Position numbers and translations under genes: made by a program | In this document: positions 13,079-26,167 of the stretch, piece by piece | How positions within the stretch are numbered: position 1 is the first letter of the stretch | How the letters are laid out: each line of letters opens with the position of its first letter | Source of the DNA: Octopus sinensis | Lineage: Eukaryota | DNA: 64,000 bases | Assembly (NCBI RefSeq): GCF_006345805.1 | Contig: NC_043003.1 | Location: 48,918,001-48,982,000 of the forward strand | Reading direction: 5' to 3' | Notes under the pieces: model-generated | The model's input: only the letters and a program-made list of their open reading frames with translations | Databases searched by the model: none | Told to the model about the DNA's origin: nothing

Positions 13079-13462
13079 TCTCTCTCTATATAAACGGCAG
13101 TTTGTCTGTGCGTTTTCTGTGTGTCTGTTTTCTCGTACCCTCACTCTGACCACGGCTTTCAACCGATTCTGATGAAACTTGACACACACATAGCCCAATG
13201 TCATAATTCAAAACTAACGCAGCGAAAATTTTGAAAAGTTCCCCCAGTTCTGAAAAAAATCGATAAATTCGACATGGGGTCGAGAATCAGAAACCCAAAC
13301 CACAGACCGTCTTGGGGACGCAACTCCACCTTTTTTAACTCTCAAAAAAAATTTACCATCATTTTTTTTCCATTTTTTTGCTATTTTTTGGCTATAACTC
13401 TCTAAAAATGCTTTATAGTTATTTCCCTTACAAACCTGAGCAACGCCGGGCGATACTGCTAG
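13079..13462 (+). mobile_element. Non-autonomous Helitron
   Basis: A|TC start (TCTCTCTCTATATAAACGG), subterminal GC-rich CCTGAGCAACGCCGGG, ends CTAG|T at 13459-13462; same terminus as 36362-37218. Confidence 0.75.
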
Positions 13463-13498
13463 TATATGTATATATATATGTATATATATGTATATATC

Positions 13499-13551
<53 letters not shown>

Positions 13552-13721
13552 AATCTCTCGTGTTCTGCAATTTCTTGTTGAACAACCCATACAGATGATT
13601 TGTCTATAGAAGGGGTTCCCAACCCCCTGGGATGGGGGTGGGGGAGTCGTGAAGACTGAGCAGCGGGGTCGCGTAGTCTTGTTAGAAGTGGCTTGGGATA
13701 ATATTAATTTCAACTCATATA

Positions 13722-14531
13722 CAAAACTCCGGAAGAAAACCAAAACTTTCAGATAGGGACCGTTGGACTCTTTCGCGAAATTTTAGGAAGGATCACAAAA
13801 GTACAGCTCCCAAAATTACTGCAGAGCTTAAGAAAAACTGTTCGCCGGATTCACGGGAGGGCTGCAATCAGAAAACCGCTACTTTCAAAAACAAACGTTG
13901 TATGCATTTAGAGTGGATTAAAATCCTACAGAATTGGTCTCTAGAGCAGTGGAAGAATGATATTTTCTCGGACGAGTCATCCTTTACCTTATTCCCGACC
14001 ACCAGCCGAGTATACGTGTGGAGATAACCAAAAGAAGCATTTGATCCAGACTGCCTTCTTCCAACTGTTAAACATGGAGGAGGATTTGTGATGATCGGGG
14101 AAGGGGGCTATATCTTGGAAATCCGCTGGCCCAATGGCTTCCCTTCATGGCAGAATTAATAGTTAAGCCTATTTAAGCGTTTTATCTGATCAAATTCATC
14201 CTATTGTTGCGGAACTGTTTCCGGAGGGAAACGCAATCTTTCAGGATGAAATTGCATCAATTTACACAGCAAAAGTTGTTACTGAATGGCACGAGGAACT
14301 TTCTTGTGAAGTTGAACATCTTATCTGGTCACCACAGTTCCCACAAGAACTGGAGACTGTTTTAGCTGAAGAATGGACAAAAATTGATTTGGAAACAATT
14401 CATTCAAATGTTATACGAGTTCATACCTCGTAGAATTCAAGCTGTAATTACTGCCAAAGGTAGTCCTACCCCATATTAAAATTAATTTGTTTGAAATTTC
14501 AAGGTGTTTCCATTATTTTGTCCAACTCCTG
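13722..14531 (+). pseudogene. Tc1-like (DDE) transposase remnant with right TIR
   Basis: SGRKPKLSDRDR...RAAIRKPLLSK...IFSDESSFTLF...LLPTVKHGGG...FPEGNAIFQDE...ELETVLAEEWTKI, with stops and frameshifts; a deletion removes the SPDLNPIE motif; ends GGTGTTTCCATTATTTTGTCCAACTCCTG|TA. Confidence 0.9.
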
Positions 14532-14869
14532 TAGTTCCATATCTAGACACACTCATATATATTTAAATGATAAATTTCGGGAAAGTTTTTCAAACTTTTA
14601 GAGTTCCAGTGATGGCTTGGATCTGTAGTCTTCGAATTAGCTTTCTCCTTTCTGGTTTTGAGAAGCCTAATTTCTCAAGATTGGTATTTAGGCAGTGTGT
14701 TACACATCCCTGGGTTCCAATAATTACAGGTATAAACCTGAACTTGTAATATTGGTAGAGTAACTGCAGATTTCTCAGTAGTGCTAAAACGTTGGGAACC
14801 GCTGATCTATAGTGATCATATGCATGTGCTGTACGTTAGCTCACTCTCTCTCCATCGAATCAACATTGC

Positions 14870-15150
14870 TAGTATAGGCGTACGGTGTGCAGAGCAACAA
14901 GAGACGAAGTGTTTGGCTGAAGAGTACAATATACCACCCGGTCTGGGAATCGAACCCACAATCGCGCGATTGTGAGTAAAACATCATAACCACTGAGTCA
15001 CGCGTCTTTTACGTTGTAAGTTTTGTAATTTATATCAATACATTTTAAAGCCAACATTGCATACATAAACAAATATAACATCATGTCCCGGATTCGAACC
15101 CATGATCTCGCGATCGTTAGTACAACATCGTAACCACTAAGCGATACTCA
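14870..15150 (-). mobile_element. Two adjacent SINE family C heads
   Basis: GGGAATCGAACCCAC...AACCACTGAG and GGATTCGAACCCATGATC...AACCACTAAG. Confidence 0.7.
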
Positions 15151-15700
15151 CTCTACGTTGTATGTACTACAGTTTATATCAGCACATTTTTAGCCAACGC
15201 TGTTATGTACAGACAGTTATAACACATTGTCTTCGTATAGGATATCGATACAGTTACTGTTAGCTGTGTTTTTTCGCTGAACGTAACCAAAAATGGTTTG
15301 GAGAAAGACCAACAATAATTTAGATGATATCATGTATATGATGTTCGCTATATCTTCCATTCAGATTGCTGTCATCACGACATGTTTATATTCGATAATA
15401 AAAAAGTGTTTAGATATTCTAGTCGCAGAAGCGACGCTAGTTTATGGAAGGACTGTGTATTCGTAACAAATGGAAATTTTACTCAAATCATGTCTGTATC
15501 ATATTCACTATTGAGAAGTTGAAATGTCATAATAAACATGTTATAATGATTGTTTTGATTTAGGTTCCTATATTGTTCTCAAACTTCTTGCTTAATATCT
15601 GTATAGCGAGGTTACGCATACACATAGGCATGTGCACACACTCACACATACAAACACAAGCATACACACACATAAACCCATCTCTTTCTCTCCCTCTCCC

Positions 15701-15796
<96 letters not shown>

Positions 15797-16044
15797 TATA
15801 TATGTGTATATATATATAATATATATATATATGTATATAAATATTAAATGAGAGAGAGAAGGAAAGAACACACTCAGTCACACAAACACACACATAATAT
15901 ACACACACATATATATGGATACATATACGATGTATATGTACATAGACACACAAACACAAACATTACATATATAAAGCCTTCTCTTCTCCCTCTCTCTCTC
16001 TCTCATTCTCTCTCTCTCTTTATATATTTATTTATATATTAACT

Positions 16045-16079
<35 letters not shown>

Positions 16080-16493
16080 GAAATACATACATACATACAT
16101 ACATATATATATATATATTTATATAAACCCCTCTCGCTTTCCTTCTCAATCTCTCTCTATGCACACTCATACATAATTACGTACATACACAGATATATGA
16201 GTACACACACACACGCACACACGCACACGCATTATCCTCATTACTGTAGGACATCACCCATAATTATCTTTCCATATTGTCAAACGAATCTAAATGTAAA
16301 GCGAAGTACTGTAAGGATTCCTCTATAGTTGTTTACATTTGATATAGGAACAAGTCGAATCTGCATCCAAAGGGAACAGATTAACAGAAAAAAATGCTGG
16401 AGGCTGCACTCTTCCAGTCACAAGACGCATCGCTTTGCGGAATGCTACTTTGAACCAAAAAGCTTTCTAAATAAATAGATATATAAACAAACA

Positions 16494-16888
16494 AACAAGA
16501 GCACTCAGAGAGCGCAAACCTCCGCCAAGGTAACACCAACGTCCTCCCAACGATTAGCCAGAGATGATTTTTAAAATGAGAATATCTGAAATACACTTGA
16601 CTGCTCTCACAAACGAGAATACTAAAAATGAACGCGACTGCTCTCAAAGATTAAGTGAAAAAAAAAAACAAAAACAGGAAAAATAATCCAGAATCCTTGT
16701 CCGGTACCGAATCAATGCCAAAATCTAATCAGTTCGTGCCAGTTACGAGGCCAAACAGCCCTGAAAGTTTCATTCGGATCCATCCAGCGGTTCTTGAGAT
16801 ATCTTGTCCAGGGATAAACAAACAAACACAACTGAAAACAATACCTCCGCCATCACTGTATTTCACCGCGTTCGACGGAAGAAGAGAA
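16494..16888 (-). mobile_element. Helentron-like non-autonomous element, full length
   Basis: Subterminal inverted repeats ACCTCCGCC/GGCGGAGGT, 3' stem-loop GCGCTCTCTGAGTGC, internal (AAAC)n. Confidence 0.75.
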
Positions 16889-16984
16889 CATTTACTGTTT
16901 CACAAATTTGCCGCAAAAGCCGTTTGAAGTTTTCTGAAGAATGTCGATATTCTAGCTTCCTTTGTTTTTTGAGAGGTATCTTTT

Positions 16985-17370
16985 ATATTTTACTTGTTTC
17001 AGTCGTTAGCCTGCGGCCATTCTGGGGCATTGCCTTGAAGAATTTATTGTCGAATAAATCGACCCCAGTACTTGTTTTTTAAAGCCTAGTATTTATTCTA
17101 TTGATCTGTTTTGCCAAATCGCTAAGTTACGGGGACGTAAACAAACCAACACCGGTTGTGAAGCGGTGATGGGACACAGACACGCGCGCGCGCACACACA
17201 CATATACGACAGGCTTCTTTCAGTTTCCATCTACCAAATCCACTCCAAAGACTTTGGTCGACCCGATGCTATCGCAGAAGACATTTACCTAAGGTGTCAC
17301 GCAGTGGGACTGAACCCGGAACCATGTGGTTGGGAAGTAAGCTTCTTACCCTACAACCAAGCTTGTGCTG
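16985..17370 (-). mobile_element. SINE family A, full length
   Basis: Tail, short (CG)/(CA) tract and head in reverse. Confidence 0.85.
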
Positions 17371-17799
17371 TAATTATTCATAAATTTGGGTACGTATTTA
17401 AGTGAACTCTTCTTCACTAATTACTGTCAGGTTAGGGATTTCATTAGAGGCTGATGAGACCTGCTACTGGTACTATGTGAACCAGTAATAAGTGTTTCAT
17501 AGTCAAGTGGTCGGCGACTAAACCGGCTCTTCCACTCGTAAGAAGTGTGTCTGGACATCCAACAGGGCTAAAAACAAGATCTGCTGAAGGTTGGGTGAGC
17601 TCCTTGTGGGTCAACGGCCATCCAGCTGGGGGAGATAGCTGCAAACCACCCCAAGAAAACACTATGGGAAAAATCAGAACGAAGTAACGCTACAGCTTTA
17701 ACCGATGAAAGAACACGAGGCGCGTAATCGGGAAGACTTTCGTTGTGAAGCGTACGATATATATGTGAAGCGTACGATTATAGCTTAATGACTGTTGAT

Positions 17800-18465
17800 A
17801 TATTGGGTTCACATTTTGGTACAAGGCCAGCAGTTTCAGGGAAGGGTGTAAGTCAATTATATCGACCCCAGTGCATAACTGGTGTTTATATTTACCGATA
17901 CTGAAAGGATGAAAGGCAAAGTCGACGGAATTTGAACTTAGAAAGTTAAGACAGAGGAAATAGCGCTAAACATTCTGCTTGGTGTGTTAACTAACGGTTC
18001 TGCCAGCTCACCGCCGCCTTATGAGAACCATTATTCGACATCATATCTTCATATTTTGGCACAACGCCAGCAAGTTCGGGTGAAGTGGTAAATCGATTAT
18101 ATCAACCCCGATGCTTAATTGGTACTATTTTATCGGTGCCGAAAGGATGAAAGGCAAAGTCAACCTCAGCGGAATTTGAACTCAGAGCGTACTGACGGAA
18201 AAAATGCCGCTAAATATTTCGCTCGGCGTACTAACGATTCTTGTTTCTTTACTGCCCACAAGGGACTACACAGAGGGGACAAACAAGGACAGACCACCGG
18301 ATTAAGTCGATTATATCGACCCCAGTGCGTAACTGGTACTTATTTAATCGACCCCGAAAGGATGAAAGCAAAGTTGGCCTCGGCGTAATTTGAACTCAGA
18401 ACGTTAGCGCAGACGAAATACCACTAAGCATTCCGCGCTAACATTTCTGCCAGCTCACCGCCTTA
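17800..18465 (-). mobile_element. Cluster of three SINE family B units
   Basis: Three GAAAGGATGAAAG cores at about 17905, 18145 and 18360. Confidence 0.85.
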
Positions 18466-18589
18466 AATAACTGTTGATATTTCGAAAGAAGAAAGCATGA
18501 ATTTCTTTATTATGTCTTTATAATTTATAGCTCGTTTATAGATTTGGTTGTTTAGGCGACTATATATCTTTACAACGCTTGAAATTTTA

Positions 18590-19156
18590 TGTGCCCATCC
18601 CTCGCGATGCGAGCGGCGGGGGCTCCACCTCGTCCTTTTATAGAGGGTTAGTGGCTGGTAAGTGCGACGATGTCCTGGGGGAGACTGGGTTTCGATGACG
18701 GTCAACTCACCAAACTTCCGGAGGACTTTTTGCCGGGGCCCATGGATAACTACCAGAAATCCCTGGCCTGGCAATGCTACCGAGGAGCTTTGCCTGTTCG
18801 CGATAACTCTTCAAGCACAGATGTGCAGATACACAGATATGTCCGAGATGCGAACTGAGCTACGAAACTGTTCTGCATACTATCATACGGTGTCCGTTGA
18901 TTTCGGATCTATGGGTTTACCTTAGAACACCTGCTGTCACGCCTGGGAAGAGTACAGTTGTCAACTAAGTCCATTATCAAAATTGTCCCACCTCCTTCCC
19001 TTAACCGGGAAAGGCAGGTGACTTTCCTCTGCTTGGTGGCTATAGCGAAAGTGGTCGTGTGGTTGACGAAAGTGAAAGGAATTAAGACGGGCAACTTTCT
19101 TGCTGGCCAGAGTTTAATAAACTATTTCACATACCACCTCAAAAGAAAAATAAGGC

Positions 19157-19193
<37 letters not shown>

Positions 19194-19500
19194 AGAGAGA
19201 GAGATGTTACTGCCGCGTGTGTTCAGGACAAGATGGATGCAAGTGACGCGATCGTTGAGCATGAATGTGGCCAACTTGAACGTATACCGTCGTCTCCTGT
19301 GTGAGAACAGTGCTGGGTCGTGGCTTGTGGGGTCTCCACGTTCAACATTTCATCTTGTTGTCTCATCATTATACCATGTCTAATTTTTATCCTATTTCTT
19401 TTTGTTCCTCCATCCGCTCATTCAACCCTGTAGTAGACGCCTAATTGTTCTTGTCTGTCCTGTAGCGTCCCTCTATGTCAGCCTAAAGGATTAAATTTAT
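18590..19500 (+). pseudogene. L1/Tx1-like LINE 3' fragment (zf-RVT and C-terminus)
   Basis: Across frameshifts: YQKSLAWQCYRGALPVRD/LFKH...ICPRCELSYETVLHTIIRCPLISDLWVY, then FLCLVAIAKVVVWLTK...FTYHLKRKIRLE...FRTRW; pyrimidine-rich 3' UTR. Confidence 0.8.
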
Positions 19501-20092
19501 TACCGAACAACCTCACAGATAATTTGTTTATAGCGATCAAATGATTGTGTAGACATAAAATCACCCCCCCCCATCTGTACAGGTGCAACGAGTGCCACAT
19601 ACATGATGACAAAATGATCGTAGAGCAACGTGAAATGAAGTGCTTTGCTCAAGAACACAACGCAACACGCGGCCTGGAAATCGAACCCACTAAGCTATGC
19701 GCCTTCGTGCATACATACATACATACATACATACATACATACATACATACATACATACATACATGGTGGCTGCCCCTCGTTATCGAGTATGGCCATTGCA
19801 CGAATCTTAATCAATGTTGCTATCGTGCAATGCCTGTGCAAGAAAGATTTTTTTTAAAGTGGGGAAAGGCTGTGCACTGAGTCAATCCCACTCATTAAGC
19901 AACATCAGCCATAATCCGAAAAGGAGAAGTCAACATCATCGGTAACCACTGAGCCGCAGGTTTTATATCGGAGTTATCCCAGTTACCTTCTCCTAGAAGG
20001 ATGCCCTAACAAAGGCTAGAAGCCCTTCACTCCCAATGGTTTAACCGCGCGATCGGGTATTCAGTCCGATTATTTCTATGTCCCCGCACGCA

Positions 20093-20144
<52 letters not shown>

Positions 20145-21494
20145 TACCAGGTATATATATACCTGACGTTTCAGTTCTTTAGGCTATTCCCACCGTCATC
20201 TAGCTGTTTTGGTCTTGTTCTAAAGCTCCGCATCCTTGCTGTCCGACTGCTTTACTTAACTGCTAAGTTACGGGGATGTAAACGAATCAACACCAGTTAA
20301 GCAGTGCGCTTGCGTGCGTATGTGTGTGTGATACACAAGCACGCACACTCATATACATATAAGCATTCACATATACGTATACGACGAGCTTCCATACAGT
20401 TTCCGTCAATTAAATTTACTCACAAGGCATTGTTCGGCCCGTGGCTTTAAGGGGAAGACGCTAGCCCAAGGTGCCTCGGAGTGAGACTGAACCGAAAACT
20501 ACTCAATTCCGAAGCTAATGACTTAGCCATATAACCATGTCTTCAGTCATAGATTGTGTATTCTAAGAATAGAAATTCTGATTGGATCGTAGAGAGGGTG
20601 AAAAAGAAAAAACTAGTAATTTTTGTTGACGTCAATGAGGTTATTTTGATAGAGTGGGGAGACTGCAGGGTGCATGTACGCTCTGACAGAAATGTGATGC
20701 CATATTGCTAAAAAGTCATCGTGTATAAAAAAAATGGTAAGGAAGGAGTTAAATTTGATCTGTTAGGTGTGCAGTGTGAACTTAATTGACAGCCTGATTG
20801 CAAGTGAAAGAGAGGGAAATAGAGAAAGCAATTCGTAATTGGAAGCGACGACTAAAGAAAACAACAGGAAATTTGCTAATTGGTATATGTGGAATTGGTT
20901 CTGTACACACAGTAGAGATACGAGTACAATGAAGTAAGCCTCTGGCCAATTCTCGGACAAATTATTCCATTTCACTTATGTCTCCTGCCTTTATGTGTCC
21001 GGGGGTGGTCAATAACCTGGAAATAGACTAGCTGACATGATGATGAAATCCTTAGTGGTGTTCAAATAATATAATAAAAGGCACGGATTTATTTGTCTTT
21101 CTTTTTATTTTCCTACATTAGAGAAGATTGAATTAGTACCGAGTTCTGATGAGAAACAGTTCGACATTCAACGAATAAAGAAAAATATAACGAGAAGATA
21201 ATTGAATAGAGATAAGTGCGAAGCGACCAAAGAAAGCGCTTAGATAGATTTCATTTTTGTTTTTTTTGTCTGGTTTAACAACTCTCTATAAAAACAATAG
21301 CAAAACGCAAGAACTGAAACAGGAAGGTTATTCTTGACACTAACTCATGATGATGATGATGATGTCACTATAGAAAAATAAAAGTTGAGATCATCGACGA
21401 TGACGACAATGATGATGTTCCCTATGAGGATAACTAATGACAACAAGAACGTTAACATCACCTTTGCTGTGGTTATGGTTCGTCTACATTGCTC

Positions 21495-21722
21495 CGCAAG
21501 GAGCATAGGACCGGTTTCCCGGTTTTTCTAGCGCACATATTCCTCCCTGAATGGGATGCCGGTCCGTCACGAGATTACCCATTTTAGTAGCTGAGTGGAC
21601 TGGAACAACGTGAAAATGAAGTGTTTTGCTCAAGAACACACGGCAACACCCAGTCTAGGAATCGGAACCAGAAACTTACAATCACGATTCTAATACCCTA
21701 ACCACTAATCCATGCGCCTCCT
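21495..21722 (-). mobile_element. SINE family C
   Basis: CCGGTTTCCCGGTTT...CAGCTGAGTGGACTGGAACAACGTGAAA...GGAATCGGAACC...AACCACTAATCCATGCGCCTC. Confidence 0.8.
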
Positions 21723-21847
21723 CTCAATAGCTAACCACTATTTAGAAGACACCTTTTTTTAGTAGCCTTCAAAGAAAACCGTTTAACTTCTACCATGCAA
21801 CATAAGTGTAAAACAGATGAGATAATGATATGTCAGCGTTGTTATTG

Positions 21848-21879
<32 letters not shown>

Positions 21880-21884
<5 letters not shown>

Positions 21885-22100
21885 ATCCAAACGGAAACAA
21901 AAAAACACAACAACAATGGAACAATTACAGTATATTATAATAGGCGCTCAGGAAATGGAGCAAGGGAGGTATGACGTTACGAGCGGAGCTCTTCGTCGGA
22001 AACATAAAGAAGGAAGAGAGAGGAAAGAAAGATCCCAGAGCGGGGCAACAGGGAAAGAGAAAAAAGACGACTGGTGTTTACGAGTTGCACATGGTGAAAG
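21880..22100 (-). mobile_element. Short PLE-derived element, family D copy 1 (decayed hammerhead at 21972-22003)
   Basis: Reverse complement TTT CCGACGA A GAGC TCC GCTC GTAA CGTC; colinear with 37355-37569; abuts (TA)n. Confidence 0.6.
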
Positions 22101-22169
22101 GCGGATGTTTACGATAACAAGAGCAAAGTGGGTTTTTAAAGGCAAAAGAGTGGAGACAAGGTTGGTAAC

Positions 22170-23785
22170 GCAACAGATGTGTGTGTATGTGTGAGTGTGT
22201 GCGTGTGCGTGTGTGTATGTGTGTGTGTGAGGCGAGATGAAAAAACAAAAAAATATATGTGTGTGTTAGTGTGTGCGTCTGTGTGTAGGCGTGTGAGGTA
22301 GGGCAAGACTAGTGGTCAGCTTAGCAGACAAGGTCAGTAGTAAGAAAAAGAAGGAAGGAGAAGGGAGGGAGGGGAAGGGGTGGGGGCGTATGTAGCGTGC
22401 CAGCTGTGTTGAGTAGTAGTGTGTGTGTGTGTCCAGTGTCGTGTGGTATTAATGGCGAGTAGATTGAATTGTGTAAGAGTAATGTATATATTTAAGCAAT
22501 GTGTGTATTGTGTGCGCGTGTGTGTAACGAAAAAGGGGGGGGGTGTTAAGGAAAAAGGACTCCAGCTGAGGGGAAGATGGAAGAGTGGTTCCGCGGAGAC
22601 GGGCGTGGGAAAACCCAACGACACGCGACGGTCCCAGGAACGGGCGGGAGGTCTCGTCGGGTCCAAGAGCGAGGTGCATGCGGCGCGTATGCGTGCGCGA
22701 ACCGGCGCAAGCGCGTGTGTGCGCGCGCCTGCGAGTATGCGCGTAAGTATGTATGTGTGTGATGTGTGAGTGTGTCTGTGTGTATGTCTGGGTGGCAGTG
22801 TGTCCGATGAATGTATGTGAGTATGTGTGTATGTATGTGTGTGCATAGATGTATGTCCGTGTGTGTGTGTGTGTGTGTATGTGTGTGAGTGTGTATGTAT
22901 GTACGTGTGGGTGTGGGAAGTGTGTGTATGTGCATGTGGTGTGCGCGTACATACAGGTGTGTGAGTGAGTGTGTGTGTGTGTATGTATGTGTGAGTGTGT
23001 ATGTATGTGTGTGTAGGATGCATGTATGTGTATGGGGTATGTATGCGTGTGTGTATGTATGTATGTGTACGTGCGTGTGTGTGTGTGTATGCGTGTAGGT
23101 GTGCGCGTGTGCATGCATGCATGCATGTGCGTATGTGTGTGGGTGTGTGCATGTGTGTGGGTATATGTATGTGCGTATATGTGTGTGTGTATGTGCGTAC
23201 ATGTGTGTATGTGTGTATGCATGTGTGTGTATGTAGGTGTGTAGGCGTGTGTGTGTATAGGTGTATGTATGTAAGTATGTATGGTTGTGTCCGTGTATGT
23301 GTGTGTGTATGTGTGTGTATGTAGGTGTGTGTGGGCGTGTGTATATGTGTGTGTTGTAGGTGTGTGGGCGTGTGTATATAGGTGTATGTGTGTATGTCTG
23401 GGTGTGTCCGTGCATGTTTGTGTGTGTGTGTGTATGCATGTGTATGTAGGTGTGTGTGTACGTGTGTAATGTATGTGTTATGCGTGTGTATGCGTGCGTG
23501 TGTGTATGTAGGTGCGTGTGTATGTGTGTGGGAGTGTAGGTGTGTGTGGTGCGTGTGCGTGTTTATGTTGGTGTGTGCGTATGTGAGTGTGAGTGTATGG
23601 GTGTTTGTCATGCATGTGTGTGCGCGTGCAGGTGTGGTGTGTGTAAGTATGTGTGTGTAGGTTTGTGTGAGTGTGTATGTGTGTATGTCTGTGTGTATGT
23701 ATGTGCGTATAGGAGTATGTGGGTATGTGTGTGTGTATGTATATGGGTGTATGTATGTATGTGTGTGTGTGTGCATGTGTATAAG

Positions 23786-23829
<44 letters not shown>

Positions 23830-23830
23830 A
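22170..23830. repeat. Degenerate (TG/TGTA/TGCG)n low-complexity array with a GC-rich insert at about 22540-22740
   Basis: Directly visible; source of the spurious 565-aa H/T-rich ORF. Confidence 0.9.
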
Positions 23831-24143
23831 CAAATTAATAAATAAAACATATGCATATATACATACATATATGTACGTACCTACATCTACATGTATATAT
23901 ACATGCATATATGGGTACAGGACACCAAAAAAAAAACGAAAAACGTCGAACACAATGAGAATCGAAAACAAACACAAAACCAAGGAAATGGACATTTTTC
24001 TTAAACAACGAACAAATAGAGTACAGGACATACAACACTAGGAAAATTCCCCTTCTTCAGTTGCCTCTTTTTTATCTACTCCGCGTTTCGATAATATATA
24101 TATATATATATATAATATATAGATATATATATGTATATTATAT

Positions 24144-24175
<32 letters not shown>

Positions 24176-24186
24176 ATATATATATA

Positions 24187-24231
<45 letters not shown>

Positions 24232-25305
24232 ATATATATATGAAAATAAGGATAAATGCCGGAGCCTCTTTGTACATATGCAATATTTACAATCCATATA
24301 TCAACAAATGACAAGTACAGGGCCTCAGTACACGAACAAAGGAAACACCAGATTTCATTGTCGTGTAAGAAATAGGAATGGAACTAAGAAGCAGAGATTA
24401 CAGTGGTGATTGCCTTATATATTTATATATATATATATATATATCATAATAACAATGATAACAAATATTTATTTTTCTCGAAGATAGAGATATATGCTCA
24501 ATAGTGAAAGTTGTACAAGTTTTATTTATACTCTCGTTGAAATACATTGTTAGACTGTCTGAGAATAGCGCAATGCACATTTATAAGTACCTATTTATCA
24601 AATTTAAATAAAATACTAACAAAATATTGTTATTGAAATATTTAAAGAAATAAATCAAAGTAAATTTTCTGAAGATAAAGAAATAAAGAAAAAGCCCAGC
24701 CAACCAACCAAATAGTCAAACAAACAAAAAAAATACTTATAGAATTAGAAAGAATGAAAAAGAAGTTAAGTCGTCGCTTATAGATAATTTAAAACATGGC
24801 ACATAATAAGAAATTAATAAAAATTCGTTTGGTAGTTCGGGGCAATTATTAAAGTTACACATCACTAATAGTCAATGAAAAAAGAAAATGACATCGCTTT
24901 ATTGAATAAGATTAACAAGTTAAATAAATAAATAAATGCTTAAAATTAAACTAAAGACAATTTTCTTTTATTCATCTTTCAAATAAGATACTTTACATTT
25001 CCATAATTTATCCAAATATGGAGATGTATGCTTTTGTTTATAGCTTTTAATGCATTTGATTCTACTACGAAACGTCATGCTACTGTCCAATAACTGACAA
25101 TTTCAAAACATATTCTTTACTTTAGAGTCCTTCATTCATTTCCTGTAATTCAGTCACTGAATAGCCAGTCAGGCTTGGGGATCTAAATCGCCTTTGTTTT
25201 GATAGTTTTTTCATACTGACCAAAATGTATATCTATGTCCTCTCTTCTTGGACATTATGGTTCTGTCTTTTCTTTTACTGGTTTCAGTCATTGGACTATG
25301 GCCAT

Positions 25306-25623
25306 TAGGGTGGAGTGAAAATAAAAAAAATTGTGGAAATTGAAACTGCCTGAGAACTAAAATGTTGCTAGATTTAATTATTAGAAAAATGCTAAATTTT
25401 CGCTGAGATCAATCAAAGGCATTTCCTCCCTCAGGCCCCCTAAACTCCGGAATTGGGGGATTTTGGAATTTTTATACAATAGCCGAGTTGGGGGTGGGTG
25501 GGTTGAGGCAGTAAGTGCTCTTGACTGATCGAAGCTAAAATTTAGCATTTTTATAATAATAATAATATATAGCAAGATTTTAGGCCTCAGGCATTTTCAA
25601 TTTTATATTTTCCCTCTACGCTA
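25306..25623. mobile_element. hAT-like fold-back MITE, copy 1
   Basis: Starts TAGGGTGGAGTGAAAA, ends TTTTCCCTCTACGCTA; arms complementary over more than 100 bp. Confidence 0.8.
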
Positions 25624-25664
25624 ACACACATATATATGTGTGAGGGTATTTAGATTGTATAATC

Positions 25665-25983
25665 TAGGGTGGAGTGAAAATAAAAAAATTATAAAAATTG
25701 AAAATGCCTGAGGCCTAAAATCTTGATATATATTATGACTAGAAAAATTCTAAATTTTCGCTTCGATCATTAAGGGCATTTACTCCCTCACCCCCCTCAA
25801 ACTCCGCTATTGTAAAAGGTTTACAAAAGTCCCCGATTTTTGGAGTTTAAGGGACTTGAGGGAGTAAATGCTCTTAAATGAACTCAGCGAAAATTTAGCA
25901 TTTTTCTAGTGATTAAATATAACAACATTTTAGTCCTCAGGTATTTTCGATTTTTACAATTTTTTTATTTTCACTCTGCCCGA
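25665..25983. mobile_element. hAT-like fold-back MITE, copy 2
   Basis: Starts TAGGGTGGAGTGAAAA, ends TTTTCACTCTGCCCGA; same architecture as copy 1. Confidence 0.8.
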
Positions 25984-26167
25984 ACGACCATGCTGATGCA
26001 CCGCTATGAAAGGTTTAGTCAATCAAATCGACCACAGTTCCTACTTTTAAAGTTTGGTGCTTATTCTGTCGATTTCTTTTGCTGAAGTATTAAGTTACCG
26101 ATACATAAATAAAGCAACACCGGTTGCTGAGCGGTGGTGGACGAGAAAAAAGACATGCACATACATA

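Noticed and set aside
17445-17520. CTGATGAGACC hairpin as a hammerhead
   Set aside because: A long stem is present but it is not followed by GAAA and no helix I partner is found.
20160-20210. Degenerate hammerhead (minus strand, ...GAAACGTCAGGT)
   Set aside because: The CUGANGA box needs two or more edits; not counted.
20760-20975. Weak resemblance of a minus-strand frame (…RRFQLRIAF…) to a PIF1/Helitron helicase motif
   Set aside because: Alignment is ambiguous and the KSQG and HGQLYVA motifs are absent.
22334-24031. 565-aa minus-strand ORF and the other long H/T-, I/Y-, C/V- and SIYL-rich ORFs in the track
   Set aside because: They are translations of (CA), (TA) and (TCTA) microsatellites, which lack stop codons in some frames; no domain content.
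25052-25080. GCAT TTGAT...GAAACGTC ATGC hammerhead relic
   Set aside because: Helix I and GAAACGTC fit, but helix II and half the core are missing; not counted.
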